Numbered from the stretch's first letter, positions 1 to 12,005 are shown. The stretch is DNA of 64,000 nucleotides from an uncultured Planctomycetota bacterium (GCA_963823665.1 CAWGMQ010000003.1:1472001-1536000); one strand, 5' to 3'. The notes: generated from the sequence alone by a model not told the origin. Numbers and translations are program-made.

Positions 1-1449
1 CTTTCCACACTCACCCACGGCGGTGCTTCCTTGTGGGGAACGGTTCTCTCCACGCAAGCAGAAGTCGGCCGTGATGACGGCCCGTTCGCGGTTGACGTGC
101 TGACCCAGCCCGACCGTAATCCCTGGCTATGCCAGATGCGCTCGACCGGCCTCGACTTCCTACCGAGTGGCAACAAGGCTGTGCTCTGCACGTGGGACGG
201 CGACGTGTGGGAGGTTCAAGGAATCGACGACCGGTCCGGGAAACTGTCCTGGAGGCGGATTGCGTCGGGGCTGTTCCAACCGCTTGGGATCAAGGTGGTG
301 CGGGGCCAGATCCACGTCTTATGCCGCGATCAGATTGTGATTCTGCACGACTATAACGGCGACGGTGAAACCGACTTTTATGAAAACTTCAACAGCGATC
401 ATCAAGTCACCGAGCACTTCCATGAATTTGCAATGGGCTTGCAGACCGATGCGGCAGGGAACTTCTATTACGCCAAAGCGGCCCGCCACGGTCTACAGGC
501 CGTGGTTCCGCACCATGGTACGCTGCTTCGAGTCAGTCGCGACGGGGGCCGGACCGACATCCTCGCGACCGGCTTTCGCGCGCCGAACGGCGTGTGCGTG
601 AACCCGGACGGTACATTCTTTGTGACGGATCAGGAAGGCTTCTGGCTACCCAAGAACCGGATCAACTGGGTGAAACCGGGAAGCTTCCACGGCAATATGT
701 GGGGATATCATGGCGTGACTGACTCGTCTGATTCGGCGATGGAGCCGCCAGTATGCTGGATCACCAACAGTTTCGACCGCTCGCCGGGAGAGGTCGTCCG
801 GGTCGAGGGGAACGGCTGGGGCCTGCTCGAGGGAAGTCTGCTCAACTTGTCTTACGGATACGGCAAGATCTTTGTTGTGTTGTGCGAACGCCTGGGCGAT
901 AAGATGCAAGGCGGGATGGCGACTCTGCCGATTCCGCAGTTCCCAACCGGCGTCATGCGCGGGCGATTCCATCCGGGCGACCACCAGTTATACACGTGCG
1001 GCATGTACGCCTGGGCCGGCAATCAGACGCAGCCTGGTGGTTTCTATCGAGTGCGTTACACGGGGAAGCCGCTTGTTGTTCCAATCGACCTGACGGCGCG
1101 ACGCGACGGAATAGCGATTTCATTTACCGGTTCGCTCGATCCCTTAACGGCTGGCGACCCGAGCAACTACTCGGTTCGGGTCTGGGGGCTGAAGCGATCG
1201 GAGAACTACGGCTCGGAGCACATTGACGAGCGGTCGCTGGCGATCCGCGCGGCCAAAGTTTCCGCGGATGGGCGAACTGTGAAGCTTGTGATCGCGGACC
1301 TGGCGCCGACGTGGTGCATGGCAATCACTTATGCGATCCGGGGCGCTCAAGGGTCGGAAGTCACCGGGGAGATTCACAACACGATCCACCAGTTGCCTGC
1401 GGCGGCCGGTGCTGGGTCTGAAAAGAACGCGAGTCGGCACGCAAAATGA
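1..1449 (+). CDS. 5'-partial PVC-type beta-propeller protein (glucose/sorbosone dehydrogenase-like, DUF6797-associated)
   Basis: Frame is open from base 1; motifs 'IASGLFQPLG', 'HFHEFAMGL', 'ATGFRAPNG', 'TDQEGFW' are typical of planctomycete propeller proteins. Confidence 0.65.
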   Translation, partial: LSTLTHGGASLWGTVLSTQAEVGRDDGPFAVDVLTQPDRNPWLCQMRSTGLDFLPSGNKAVLCTWDGDVWEVQGIDDRSGKLSWRRIASGLFQPLGIKVVRGQIHVLCRDQIVILHDYNGDGETDFYENFNSDHQVTEHFHEFAMGLQTDAAGNFYYAKAARHGLQAVVPHHGTLLRVSRDGGRTDILATGFRAPNGVCVNPDGTFFVTDQEGFWLPKNRINWVKPGSFHGNMWGYHGVTDSSDSAMEPPVCWITNSFDRSPGEVVRVEGNGWGLLEGSLLNLSYGYGKIFVVLCERLGDKMQGGMATLPIPQFPTGVMRGRFHPGDHQLYTCGMYAWAGNQTQPGGFYRVRYTGKPLVVPIDLTARRDGIAISFTGSLDPLTAGDPSNYSVRVWGLKRSENYGSEHIDERSLAIRAAKVSADGRTVKLVIADLAPTWCMAITYAIRGAQGSEVTGEIHNTIHQLPAAAGAGSEKNASRHAK

Positions 1450-1460
1450 TCAAGCAATCG

Positions 1461-3552
1461 TCAGGGAATATTCTCCCAACCTTCGACACCGATCTTCGGC
1501 TCGTTGCAAGTGCCGTTCTCGCAAATGTAGGTTGTCGTCTGCCCTTCGCGGAGCGGTCGATTCGCGAGCAAGGCGACTTTGCCCGCGAGGAGCGCGGATT
1601 GTCCCGGCGTTGCCGGGGCGACGACCTTGCGCGGGCGGAATTTGCTGGAAATCGTGTCGAGGACCTTGCGCGTTACCGCGGAGTCAGACCCTGCGATCAC
1701 GGCAAATTCGGTCACTGTGCCCAGCAGGAAATCGAGCGCGATCAGGCTCTGTCCACAGGCGGCGGGCTCGCGCTCGAGGACGGATTGAATGGCCTCGAGC
1801 GCTTCTTTGCCGGCCCGGGTGAGGTCGGCTCGACCGGTCAAGGCGCCCAGGCGCAGGAGCGCGGTCGCGGCCAGGCCGCTGCCGGAGGGAGTTGCGTTGT
1901 CGTGGATCTCTTTCTGGCGTGCGATCGAGCGCCTCGTGGCGACGGCCGGTGAAGAAGAAGCCCCCCTGCTCCGTATCGCTGAATTCGTCGATCATGATTG
2001 CAGAGAGGTCCAGGGCGGATTCCAGCCAGCGCGGGTCGCCGGTCGATTCGTAGAGTCGAGTCAGACCGTCGATCAGGCTCGCGTAGTCGTCGAGATAGGC
2101 ATCGAGCTTGGCCTGACCGTCCTTGAACGTGTGCAGCAACCGACCGTCGCTCTGCCTCATCCGGTCCAGGATGAAAGCAGCGGCCCGGCCGGCGGCTTCG
2201 ATGTATCGTTCATCCGAGAGTACACGGCCTCCTTCCGCCAGCGCGGCGATCATCAAGCCATTCCAGGAGACCAGGACCTTGGTGTCCATGGCGGGCGGCA
2301 CGCGTTTCTCGCGCACGTCCAGGAGGAGAGCCCGCGAACTTGCGAGCTCGGCTACGAGCGCGCCGCATTCGCGGCCGAGCAGTTTGGCCGCCTGTTCGAC
2401 CGGCTTGGTCAAGTTGAGGATGCTATGATCCTCCCAGTTGCCTTGCTCATTGATATCGTATACATAACAGAATGTCTTGGCTCGTTCAGGGCCGAGCGCT
2501 TCGGTGACTTCAGGAAGCGACCAGACGTAGTATTTGCCTTCGACACCTTCGCTATCAGCATCCTCGGTCGAATGGAATGCGCCATGGGTGCCGGTCATCC
2601 GGCCGAGAACGTAGTTCAACGTTTCGCGGGCGACCTGACGGAACGAGGGATCACCGGTCGCCTGCAACGCTTCCAGGAAGGTCGAGCTCAACAGGGCGTT
2701 ATCGTAGAGCATTTTTTCGAAGTGCGGCACGAGCCACCTCTCGTCGGTGGAGTAGCGCGCGAAGCCGCCGCCCAGGTGATCGTAGATTCCTCCTTGTGCC
2801 ATTTTCCGGAGCGTGTGACGCACGACGTGCAACGCCTGGTCATCGCCGGTTCGAGAGTGATGCCGCAGCAGTACGCGAAGATCCATGGGATGCGGAAACT
2901 TCGGGGCCCGGCCAAAGCCCCCGTGAATGGGGTCGAAGTTTCGCATCAGGGTTCGCGCCGCCTGGTCGAGCAGCTTGAAGTCGAGCGACCCGGCGCCCTT
3001 GCTCATCGACCCGAACGCACGCAGTTGCTCGGTCATCGCGTGTGCCGATTCGACGATCTCTTCGTGCCGTTCTTCCCAGGCGCGGTGGACGCTCAGGAGC
3101 ACGCGCGCGAAGCCAGCCATGCCGCGCGAGTCGGTGGGAGGGAAGTACGTGCCACCGAAGAACGGCTTGCACTCTGGAGTCAGGAACACCGACATCGGCC
3201 AGCCGCCGTGTCCGGTCATGGCCATGACGGCCGACATGTAGATCTGATCGAGGTCGGGTCGTTCTTCGCGGTCGACCTTGATGTTGACGAAGTGCTCGTT
3301 CATCAAGGCAGCGATCTCGGGGTTCTCGAAGCTCTCGTGCTCCATCACATGGCACCAGTGACATGCTGAATAACCAATCGACAGGAATATCGGCTTGTTT
3401 TCGGATCGAGCTTTCTCGAGAGCTTCCGAAGCCCAGGGATACCAGTCGACGGGGTTGGTCGCATGCTGGAGCAGATAAGGGCTGGTTTCGCGCGCGAGGC
3501 GATTCAGTCCGGACTTCGAGGCAGACGCAGAGCTGGAGGGAGATGAATTCAC
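1461..3552 (-). CDS. Thioredoxin-domain protein, YyaL/SSP411 (DUF255) family; one frameshift near 1915
   Basis: '[24 protein letters not shown]', '[18 protein letters not shown]', '[11 protein letters not shown]'; C-terminus '[12 protein letters not shown]' lies in ORF 1461..1841. Confidence 0.92.
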
Positions 3553-3641
3553 AGATTGGCTTTCTTCGGCAAGATAGGCCGAGAATAGGTGAAGAGCAAC
3601 ATGTGTGTGTATCAGTCGGAAAACGTGGCCGGCATTGCTTA

Positions 3642-5349
3642 TCAACGGGTCGAGCCAGCTCCGGCCTTGCCGAAGAGGGCCTGGCGCATGCCAAGCTCCG
3701 GGCGTCCGGCGTTCTCGTTCCAGTAGCGGAAACCCGCCTTCCAATCCCAGATGGCCCAGCCGATTCCGGCATGCTCGGCAGCTTCACGGAATGCCTGGTA
3801 GTAGTGAGCACGCGAGGCATTATCGGCCGTGGTGAAGCAGCCGAATTCGCCGACGTGAACCGGACGTCCGTAGTATTCCGACCATTGCCGGGCTTGGTCG
3901 ATGGACCCCGCGAAAGCCCGACGGCTGCTGGGATTGCTTGCCTTCGGCTCGTTGTTATAGCTCTTCAACCAGTTGATCACTTTCGGGCTCAGTTTCAGCG
4001 ATGGATCGGGCACCAGGGGATGCAGCGGCGGCCCAGGAAAAAGGATGCCCGTCACTTTTGTGTCGGGGCCGGACCATGTGGCACCCTGGTGAGTGAAGAA
4101 AAAAGGCTCATAATTGTGCACGCTTACGATCAAGTTCTCGTCGTCGTCCGGCAGCCGCAGGTCAGGCAGCTCGCCGATGCTGTTCCAGCGGCCAGGCCCG
4201 AGGAAGATTGTTCGCGATGGGTTCGTCTTACGGATGATCTTGATCGTATGCGCGAATATGGGATTCACCACCTCCGTGGTCGCCGCATCCTTGGGCTCAT
4301 TCAAGAGCTCGAACGAGAGCCAATCGGGCGATTTGCCGTAGTGCGCCGCGAGCTGAGCCCATATTGCCTCGAACTTCGCGGTCAGGGCGTGGGGGTCGCT
4401 GGTAAAGTCATCGAAGTGGTGAATGTTGATCAAAACGCCGAGCTTCTCGCGCAAGCCGGCGTCGACGAGCTCATCAACGCGCGCAAAGAACTCGGGCTTG
4501 ATGCGGAATTCCGGTGCGGGGCCCGTGTAGTGATGCCAGGCGATGGGGATGCGGACGTGGTCGAATCCCTCGTTCTTGATCAGGCGAAGATCCGTGGCGC
4601 TATAGTGCCCGCCCCAGTCCTGGCCCGGCGGAGCTTCGAGACTATTGGCGAGGTTGGCGCCGCGGAGGAATCGCTTGGCGGCTTGGTGCGCCGGGGACGA
4701 TCGTCCTTCGATCCGCCGCATGTCGCGGAAACCGGCCGGCCTCACTGCGCGAGAAAAGGCTGATGGTGACGGGGCGCCCGCCTTCGACGTCAACCTGTGT
4801 GAAGAGAGTCTGGTTGTGCCAGCTTCGTGCATAGTGCGAACCGGCAACTGCCGGAGCATCGTTTGTTTGACGAGCGATGGTGCCACCGCCGCTCTGCCAC
4901 GGGGCCGACGGGCTACCGGTTCGCGACTCGAATCCACCGCCCGAGAGCTTGGCGCCGTCTGCTTTAACCTCGTCCCAAAGTACTTCCTCGCGGTAGATCG
5001 ATCCCCTGGCGGCTTCCTCCCACGGGCCCATCAAGGTCAACGTGACGGTGCCCGAACGACTGGGAGTGAACTCAATCGCCAGGGATCGCCAGCCGACGTG
5101 GGTCACCGCGAAGCTGATCGTGTAGCCCCGAGTCTGTTCCGCTGCGGGAACCCAGTTCATGCGCGAGATCGTTCCGTCTCCCGAGACCACGCGACCGTTT
5201 TCAAGGGATCCGGTGCCCGCGTCGCCCGTCAGGTCGAATCGCGCGGTCGCGGCCATCTTGGCGGGCAGATCCTGCGCCTGAGCCGCAGCCGTCACCATCG
5301 CGCAAACCAGCGCGACCGAGGCTTTGATTGTCGCGATTCGAGTGTCCAT
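3642..5349 (-). CDS. Secreted glycoside hydrolase family 5 (cellulase-like) with N-terminal beta-rich domain; frameshift near 4745
   Basis: Signal peptide in ORF 4642..5349; GH5 motifs 'GFDHVRIP', 'FELLNEP', 'VHVGEFG', 'WAIWDW' in ORF 3642..4937. Confidence 0.88.
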
Positions 5350-5581
5350 GATTGAACTTCTTGTGAATCGAAGGTAAGCCGCTCGACGAAGGCGAACGAT
5401 GACCTCAGTTTCACAACACGCTGCCGCAGAAGCAAGAGATCAGGCCAAGCCGATGATGAAGCCAGGCATCGCTGCTATAATCAAGAGGAGGGCGATCGTG
5501 CAATTCGGGCGTTCGTCGCGGTGAGTACACGCTGCTTGAGCGAGCATCTGTCCTGCGACTCGCAGAAGGAGATCTAAAGAC

Positions 5582-6736
5582 ATGGTTCTTCGCACTTCTC
5601 GTCGGCGATTTGTCGAACGGACGGCGCAGACGCTCGGGGTTCTGGCGTTCATGGGCCGCGGGCGGGCCAGGCCTCAAACTGTGTCCGATCGGAGCAAGAC
5701 TGCAGCGGGCGCTACCTCGGCCACGGAGTTGATCGAACACGGAGTTGCTTTTCTTCGGCCACGCCAGGATGCCAAAGGTGGGTGGTCGACCCAGCGCGAG
5801 CCTGGAGTAACGGCGCTCGTCGTGACGGCGCTCTTGAGGTCGGGGCAGGTTGCACCCGGCGATACGGCCGTAACCAAAGCGTTGGCCTATCTCGAGAGAT
5901 TCATTGGGCCAAAGGGTGGATTGTCGGAGGCACCCCACGCCAACTACTCGACGTCGATCGCGCTCATCGCGTTCCAGCAAGCCAACGTGAACGGCCGGTA
6001 CGACCGCATCATCAAGGCCGGACAGAAGTTCCTGACGACCATGCAGTGGGACGAGAGCGAGGGCAAGTCGCGAGAGAACGCATTCTACGGAGGCGCGGGC
6101 TACGGCGGGTCGAACAGCCGGCCCGACCTTTCGAACACGGCGTTCTTGATCGAATCACTTCGGGATACCGGATTGCCGGCTGACGATCCCAGCTTGAAGA
6201 AAGCGTTAATCTTCGTTTCCCGCTGCCAGAACTTGAAAAGCGAATTCAACGACCAGGAATGGGCCGGCAAGGTCAACGACGGGGGGTTCATCTATACCGC
6301 CGCAAACGGCGGCGAGACCATGGCAGGCAAGGAGGGTGATGGCGGCCTGAGGTCGTATGCCAGCATGACTTATGCCGGCCTCAAAAGCATGATCTATGCC
6401 GGTCTAGGCCGCGATGATCCGCGCGTCAAGGCTGCCCTTACTTACGTCAAGCGGCATTACACGCTGGACGAGAACCCGGGTCTCGGTCAGCAGGGGCTTT
6501 ATTACTTCTACCACACCTTCGGCAAGACGATGTTCGTCCTGGGTGACCCAACGCTCATCGACTCCGCCGGCAACACTCATGACTGGCGCGCCGAGCTTGT
6601 CGCCGCCCTGGCGAAGCGGCAGCAACGCGAGGGCGGGTGGGTCAACCCTGCGGACCGTTTCATGGAAGGAGACCCTAACCTGGTGACTGCCTACGCGCTT
6701 CTGGCCTTGGCCTACACACGGGCCAAGGCGAAATGA
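5582..6736 (+). CDS. Prenyltransferase/squalene oxidase repeat protein with Tat-like signal
   Basis: 'SRRRFV' twin-arginine signal; QW-like repeats 'LRPRQDAKGGW', 'KRQQREGGW'; 'RPDLSNT'. Confidence 0.85.
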   Translation: MVLRTSRRRFVERTAQTLGVLAFMGRGRARPQTVSDRSKTAAGATSATELIEHGVAFLRPRQDAKGGWSTQREPGVTALVVTALLRSGQVAPGDTAVTKALAYLERFIGPKGGLSEAPHANYSTSIALIAFQQANVNGRYDRIIKAGQKFLTTMQWDESEGKSRENAFYGGAGYGGSNSRPDLSNTAFLIESLRDTGLPADDPSLKKALIFVSRCQNLKSEFNDQEWAGKVNDGGFIYTAANGGETMAGKEGDGGLRSYASMTYAGLKSMIYAGLGRDDPRVKAALTYVKRHYTLDENPGLGQQGLYYFYHTFGKTMFVLGDPTLIDSAGNTHDWRAELVAALAKRQQREGGWVNPADRFMEGDPNLVTAYALLALAYTRAKAK

Positions 6737-6789
6737 AAAGCGGCAGGCGAGAGCCGCGTGTGCACCCGACACCGTAATGCGAGTGATTG

Positions 6790-7218
6790 CTAGTTACTCA
6801 ACTCGCGTTCAAGGCGAAACCTCATCTGGCCGAGTTCGTCGCCGGCGTAGTCGCTATGCGGCCATGGCCAGTTCACGGCGTCCTCGTTGAAGCGTGGAAT
6901 GAGATGCCAGTGACAGTGGTCGATTGTCTGCCCGGCCACTTCACCGTTGTTCACGACGACGTTAAGGCCATGAGCACCGGTGGCAGCAACGACTGCCCGA
7001 GCGAGTCGCGGCAAGAGCGTGCACACGCTGCCGGCGAGTGAGTCGGGAAGGTCTGCCAGCTTGGCGTAGTGCGCCTTCGGGACCAGCAGGGTGTGACCTC
7101 GATTGACCGGGTTGATGTCGAGAAATGCGACCGAGTCATCCGTCTCGATTACCCGGGCCGACGGAATCTCACCACGGACGATCTTGCAGAAGATGCAATG
7201 AGGGTCATGTGGTATCAC
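6790..7218 (-). CDS. HIT family protein
   Basis: 'CIFCKIVRGEIP', 'GHTLLVPKAH', 'GQTIDHCHWHLIPR' (HxHxH). Confidence 0.92.
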   Translation of the reverse strand: MIPHDPHCIFCKIVRGEIPSARVIETDDSVAFLDINPVNRGHTLLVPKAHYAKLADLPDSLAGSVCTLLPRLARAVVAATGAHGLNVVVNNGEVAGQTIDHCHWHLIPRFNEDAVNWPWPHSDYAGDELGQMRFRLERELSN

Positions 7219-7361
7219 GAGTTCGCGTTCCACCCCTTCGGTATCGAACCGAGCAGTCTGTGAGGCCGCCGTGAAGCGCCCGCACCATCGATTCACCCCG
7301 GCGAGCAAGCGGTGGTCGACACCGCACCTTCGACGCGAACATCGTGCGTGGGCGATCTGCG

Positions 7362-7769
7362 TCAGTTCGCGACGACAGCCGGTTTGGTCGGCGCCTTGAT
7401 GGCTTCGTCTGCACCTAACAGTGCGATGACCGCCATCGGAGCCGCGTCTCCTTGACGAACCTTGGCCAGCTTGTAGATGCGAGTGTATCCTCCGGATCTT
7501 TCTTTGTAACGAGGACCAATTTCGTGGAACAACATGTATGCCACGTTCTTGCTCGTCAGCACGGCAGAACACCGGCGGAAGTGATCTAGATTCCAACCGT
7601 CTTTAGCCAAAGTGATCAGCTTCTCGGCAAACGGCTGCACTTCCTTGGCCTTCGCGAGTGTCGTCCGGATCTTACCGTGTTCGATCAAGGCGGTCGCCAA
7701 GTTGCGCAGGAGCATCCGGCGATGAGAGGGTGACCGTTTGAATTTACGGCCGGCTTTCTGGTGACGCAT
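7362..7769 (-). CDS. rplQ: 50S ribosomal protein L17
   Basis: 'MRHQKAGRKFKRSPSHR...GGYTRI'; follows rpoA. Confidence 0.97.
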   Translation of the reverse strand: MRHQKAGRKFKRSPSHRRMLLRNLATALIEHGKIRTTLAKAKEVQPFAEKLITLAKDGWNLDHFRRCSAVLTSKNVAYMLFHEIGPRYKERSGGYTRIYKLAKVRQGDAAPMAVIALLGADEAIKAPTKPAVVAN

Positions 7770-7867
7770 TGGAGACGATGGTCCGTTGTTAGTCGTGACT
7801 GGGGACGGGTGCAAGGGAGTCTTATGCGGCGCCCGTTGGACTGTGTTCGCACGGGACGCCTTCTCGC

Positions 7868-8869
7868 TCACCCGCCGACCTTCATTGGGACGTTCATTCC
7901 GAGATCCAGACCGATTTCGTGCAGTTTGGCGCGGACTTCCTTCAAGGTTGTCTCGCCGAAGTTCCGTACATTCAGAAGCTGGTCCTCACTCCGCGTCACC
8001 AGATGGCGAACGGTGGTGATCCCTTCGCTTTCCAGGCAATTGGTCGCGCGCACCGAAAGCTCGAGCTCGGCCAAGCTCATGTCGAGCTTCCGCTCGAGCT
8101 CGGCATCCACCGGCATGTGCTGTGACCCATCCCCGGAAAGGGCCTCGGACGGCAAACCTGGCCCGGGCTCGTTGTACTGCACGAACGGGTTCAAGTGTTT
8201 CCGGAGAATCTTCGCAGCCTCGACCAGCGCCATCTCGGGCCCGAGCACGCCCGTCGTCCAGATTCGGAGAATCAGCTTGTCATAGTTTGTCCTCTGGCCG
8301 ACTCGCGTGTTCTCCACGTGGTATTCGACTCGATGAACAGGGCTGAAACTCGCGTCGATCGGAATGACCCCGATCTCGACGTCATCGGTGTGGCCCTCCG
8401 CGGCGGTCCGATAGCCTCGACCGTTCTCGACAGTCATCTCCAGGTGAAATGGCACGTCTGCCGTGAGCGAGCAGAGGATATGGTCGGGATTGATGATCTC
8501 GACCGATTCGTCATGAAGAATGTCGGCGGCGGTCACCACGCCCTGGCGATCGCGGTCGATTCGAATCGTGCGCACCGATTCAGAGTGGTTCTTCACGACC
8601 AGCAGCTTGACGTTGAGCACCAGGTCGGTGATGTCGTCGACCATACCCGGAATCGACGAGAACTCGTGATGAACACCGTGAATCTTGATTTTCGTGATCG
8701 CGCTGCCTTCGAGACTCGACAGCAAGATCCGGCGCAAGCTGTTGCCGACGGTATGGCCGAAGCCACGCTCGAATGGCTCCACGTGGAACTCGCCGAATGT
8801 GTCGGTCAACGATTCGCGGTTGCAGATCACCCGGCTGGGCAGTTCGAGGCCACGCCAACGGATACGCAT
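7868..8869 (-). CDS. rpoA: RNA polymerase alpha subunit
   Basis: '[23 protein letters not shown]', '[11 protein letters not shown]', 'RNFGETTL'. Confidence 0.98.
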   Translation of the reverse strand: MRIRWRGLELPSRVICNRESLTDTFGEFHVEPFERGFGHTVGNSLRRILLSSLEGSAITKIKIHGVHHEFSSIPGMVDDITDLVLNVKLLVVKNHSESVRTIRIDRDRQGVVTAADILHDESVEIINPDHILCSLTADVPFHLEMTVENGRGYRTAAEGHTDDVEIGVIPIDASFSPVHRVEYHVENTRVGQRTNYDKLILRIWTTGVLGPEMALVEAAKILRKHLNPFVQYNEPGPGLPSEALSGDGSQHMPVDAELERKLDMSLAELELSVRATNCLESEGITTVRHLVTRSEDQLLNVRNFGETTLKEVRAKLHEIGLDLGMNVPMKVGG

Positions 8870-8910
8870 CAAAGGTCTCCCCCATCCAAAACTCGCGGAT
8901 AGAGCCCGCG

Positions 8911-9540
8911 TCAGCGGCTCAACAACTCGATGATCAACTGGGGCGTCACCGGCAACCCGACATCTTGCGCGACGGGCATGCGGCTGATGCGGCCCTCGGG
9001 CGGATCGGTGCTAACCCGATCCATCCAGTCAGGGATTGGGGGCCCGCCTCCGGTGGCGACGTTTTCCTGCACGATCTTGCGGGAATGCTCCCGATTTTTC
9101 ACCTGGATCTCGTCTCCAGGGCGAACAAGGTAGCTCGGAATGTCGAGCTTCCGTCCGTTGACCATGATATGTCCGTGCGTGATGAGCTGCCGCGATTGAG
9201 GGCGGCTCACCGCAAAACCGAGCCGTGTGACCACATTGTCCAGCCGCCGCTCCAGGAGCGACATGAGCGCGTCGCCCGTATTCCCCGGCCGCCGCGTCGC
9301 TTCCTCGTAATATTTGCGGAACTGGCGTTCGAAGATTCCGTAGTAACGTTTCACTTTTTGCTTTTCGCGCAGCCGGATCGCATATTCGCTCGCCTTGCTG
9401 CGACGAAACTGATGCATGCCCGGCACGCCTTCTCGACGATCCACGGCACACTTGGGTGTATCGCACCGAGACCCTTTCAAGAACAGCTTGGCGCCTTCGC
9501 GGCGACACAATCGACAGACCGGCCCGATATTACGTCCCAT
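8911..9540 (-). CDS. rpsD: 30S ribosomal protein S4
   Basis: 'CRLCRREG', 'LREKQK', 'LERRLDNVV'. Confidence 0.98.
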   Translation of the reverse strand: MGRNIGPVCRLCRREGAKLFLKGSRCDTPKCAVDRREGVPGMHQFRRSKASEYAIRLREKQKVKRYYGIFERQFRKYYEEATRRPGNTGDALMSLLERRLDNVVTRLGFAVSRPQSRQLITHGHIMVNGRKLDIPSYLVRPGDEIQVKNREHSRKIVQENVATGGGPPIPDWMDRVSTDPPEGRISRMPVAQDVGLPVTPQLIIELLSR

Positions 9541-9653
9541 GGCGAATTCAGAACCCTTGAACGTGTGGAACTTTGAGGATCACTTGTAATCGATCGATCC
9601 GAACAAACCGACGTCGCCTTGCTCCATCACCGTGGCCGACCCGAAGTCGCCGG

Positions 9654-10034
9654 CTACACCCGACGCTTCTTGGGCGGACGACAGCCGTTGTGGGGCAGCG
9701 GCGTGACGTCTTCGATGGCCTTGATCAGCAATCCCGACGACTGGATCGCCGTGATCGCACTCTCCCGACCGGACCCCGGCCCCTTGACCTTGACCTCGAC
9801 CTCCTTGACGCCGTACTTCGTTGCCGCCGCCGCCGCCGTCTCCGCCGCCCGCTGCGCGGCGAACGGAGTGCTCTTGCGACTTCCCTTGAACCCAACCGTT
9901 CCCGACGAAGCCCAGCACAAGGCATCGCCGTTGGGGTCGGTAATCGTAACTGTCGTGTTGTTGAAGGTCGCCTTGATGTGCACGACCGCTCGGCTCACGT
10001 TGCGCCGCGTCTTCCGCTTCTTCGCCTTGGCCAC
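9654..10034 (-). CDS. rpsK: 30S ribosomal protein S11
   Basis: 'HIKATFNNT', '[10 protein letters not shown]', '[18 protein letters not shown]'. Confidence 0.98.
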   Translation of the reverse strand: MAKAKKRKTRRNVSRAVVHIKATFNNTTVTITDPNGDALCWASSGTVGFKGSRKSTPFAAQRAAETAAAAATKYGVKEVEVKVKGPGSGRESAITAIQSSGLLIKAIEDVTPLPHNGCRPPKKRRV

Positions 10035-10284
10035 TTTTCCGTTGCTCCTCGTGTCTCCGGTTCCGCTCAATTCATTTCATTGCTGTAAATCCCGCCGAGA
10101 ATTCTCGAAAAGGCCGGGCGATGTAACGGGCCGACGAAGCTTTTCAAGCCTCGCCTCGACCGAGAGAGCCCGGGCGACCCAATCGTGCCCGTCGAGGCGA
10201 AACCGCGGTGACGGCCGGCAGAAATCCGTTTTTACTCTGATGCCCCACCGCACCGACCCCGACACGCGATGGACATCAACTGTC

Positions 10285-10668
10285 TTAACGCAGTTCCTTG
10301 ACACCCTTCTTGCCCGCAACAGTTTTCCGCGGACCTTTGCGGGTTCGGGCATTTGTCCGCGTGCGCTGACCACGGACCGGCAAACCCTTGCGATGCCGAA
10401 GACCGCGATAGCAGCCAATGTCACGCAACCGTGTAATGCTCTGCTGGATCTTCCGCCGAAGCTGGCCTTCAACCGTGAAGTCGTTGTCCAGCAGCGACGC
10501 CAGCTTCGCTAGTTCATCCTCGGTCAGGTCGCGAGCCTTCTTGTCCGGGTCAACCCCGGTACGCTGGCACAAGACCCCGGCCAAGTACGGGCCAATTCCG
10601 TAAATGTACTGCAACGAGTAATAGGTGTGCTTGTCGTTGGGGATGTCGACGCCGAGAATACGAGGCAT
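10285..10668 (-). CDS. rpsM: 30S ribosomal protein S13
   Basis: '[10 protein letters not shown]', '[18 protein letters not shown]'. Confidence 0.98.
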   Translation of the reverse strand: MPRILGVDIPNDKHTYYSLQYIYGIGPYLAGVLCQRTGVDPDKKARDLTEDELAKLASLLDNDFTVEGQLRRKIQQSITRLRDIGCYRGLRHRKGLPVRGQRTRTNARTRKGPRKTVAGKKGVKELR

Positions 10669-10740
10669 CCGTACGATCTCCGAAGGTTCATTTCCGGTTG
10701 GTTTGGGAACGGCCGGGGATGGCGAGCCGGCATCGGCCGG

Positions 10741-10854
10741 TCAGCCCTGCCGTTGCTTGTGGCGAGGGTTCGTGCAGATCACGTACACCTTTCCCGCACG
10801 GCGCACAATCTTGCAGTTCTCACAGATACGCTTCACGCTCGATCGAACTTTCAT
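10741..10854 (-). CDS. rpmJ: 50S ribosomal protein L36 (zinc-binding form); not in the ORF track
   Basis: Manual translation [37 protein letters not shown]. Confidence 0.97.
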   Translation of the reverse strand: MKVRSSVKRICENCKIVRRAGKVYVICTNPRHKQRQG

Positions 10855-10939
10855 ATCTTGTCAAACACATCGAACGGCCAGCATCGTGGCCATTTCGATC
10901 TCCAGAACGATTTCGGTGAGCCCAGGGCCGAATTTAGTA

Positions 10940-10968
10940 ACTATACGCACGCGGACGCCAATCCGCAA
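10940..10968 (-). promoter_or_regulatory. Putative sigma70 promoter for the rpmJ-rpsM-rpsK-rpsD-rpoA-rplQ segment
   Basis: TTGCGG-N17-TATAGT on the minus strand, about 85 nt upstream of rpmJ. Confidence 0.55.
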
Positions 10969-11051
10969 GAGTGGAGGGCAAGAGATCGGGTTTCTGGTCG
11001 CATGTACACAAACTGCAGTTCGCTTTCGCGCTTCGCCTGATTCCGTGGCTG

Positions 11052-12005
11052 TCAATCTTCTAGATAAGTCAGTACACGAGGTCCGTCTGGCGTCATGGCC
11101 ACCGTGTGCTCGAAGTGAGCGCTGAATCGGCGATCCTTGGTCTCGACCGTCCAACCGTCGGATAAAGTCCGAACTTCCTTCGTGCCCAGCGCGACCATCG
11201 GCTCAATCGCCAGAACGATTCCCGGCTCGAGCTTGATGTCATGCTGCCGCAGCGCGGCACTCGCGAAATTCGGGACCTGTGGATCCTCGTGCATCGTCTG
11301 CCCGATTCCGTGCCCGACGAACTTCTCGACTACATACATTCCCTGGCTCTTGACGAAGCGTTCCATGAGGCTCGCCACCTCCAGCCACGTGGTGCAGCGG
11401 CCCATCGCGCGAATCGCCAGGTTCAAGGTCTCCGACGTGACGTCAAGAAGCCTCTGCACCTCCGGTCGCACCGGTCCGATCGGCAGGGTCACCGCGGCGT
11501 CGCCACACCAGCCGTTGATCCGGCAACCCGTATCGATCGAAAGAATGTCACCCTCCCGCAACGGCCGGCGATTCGGGATGCCGTGCACAACTTGTTCGTT
11601 CACGCTGGCACATATCACGGCCGGAAAGGGAGGCTTTCCCTTGGTTGAGCAGGGATAACCTAGGAAAAGCGGCGTGGCCTGATGTTCGCGAAAGATCACC
11701 GCGACGGCTTCGTCCATGGCCGCAGTGCACGCCCCGGGAACTGCCATCCGCCGCACCTGGTCGAGCGCCTTGGCGACAACCCGGCCCGCCTCACGCATCA
11801 TGTCGATCTCGCGCGGCGTCTTGAGCTTGATTACCGGCGGTGAATCGGCGCGCCTGACGCCCGCGCCACCCGGCTTCGGCCGGCGCAAGCCCGACAAGAT
11901 AGAAGGCAGCGAAGGCCGGCTGACCATGCTTCGGTGGGATGACACGTCGGGGGTCCTTTTTCTTCCAGATGATGTCTCGCGCACGAGCTCCAGCTTCCCT
12001 ACCAA
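11052..12005 (-). CDS. map: Type I methionine aminopeptidase; start uncertain, possible N-terminal extension
   Basis: 'CASVNEQVVHGIP', 'GHGIGQTMHEDP', 'AIEPMV', 'SAHFEHT'. Confidence 0.93.
   Translation of the reverse strand: MVGKLELVRETSSGRKRTPDVSSHRSMVSRPSLPSILSGLRRPKPGGAGVRRADSPPVIKLKTPREIDMMREAGRVVAKALDQVRRMAVPGACTAAMDEAVAVIFREHQATPLFLGYPCSTKGKPPFPAVICASVNEQVVHGIPNRRPLREGDILSIDTGCRINGWCGDAAVTLPIGPVRPEVQRLLDVTSETLNLAIRAMGRCTTWLEVASLMERFVKSQGMYVVEKFVGHGIGQTMHEDPQVPNFASAALRQHDIKLEPGIVLAIEPMVALGTKEVRTLSDGWTVETKDRRFSAHFEHTVAMTPDGPRVLTYLED

Noticed and set aside
1789..4763. Long plus-strand ORFs (526 aa and 466 aa)
   Set aside because: Antisense to the YyaL and GH5 genes, with no recognisable domains
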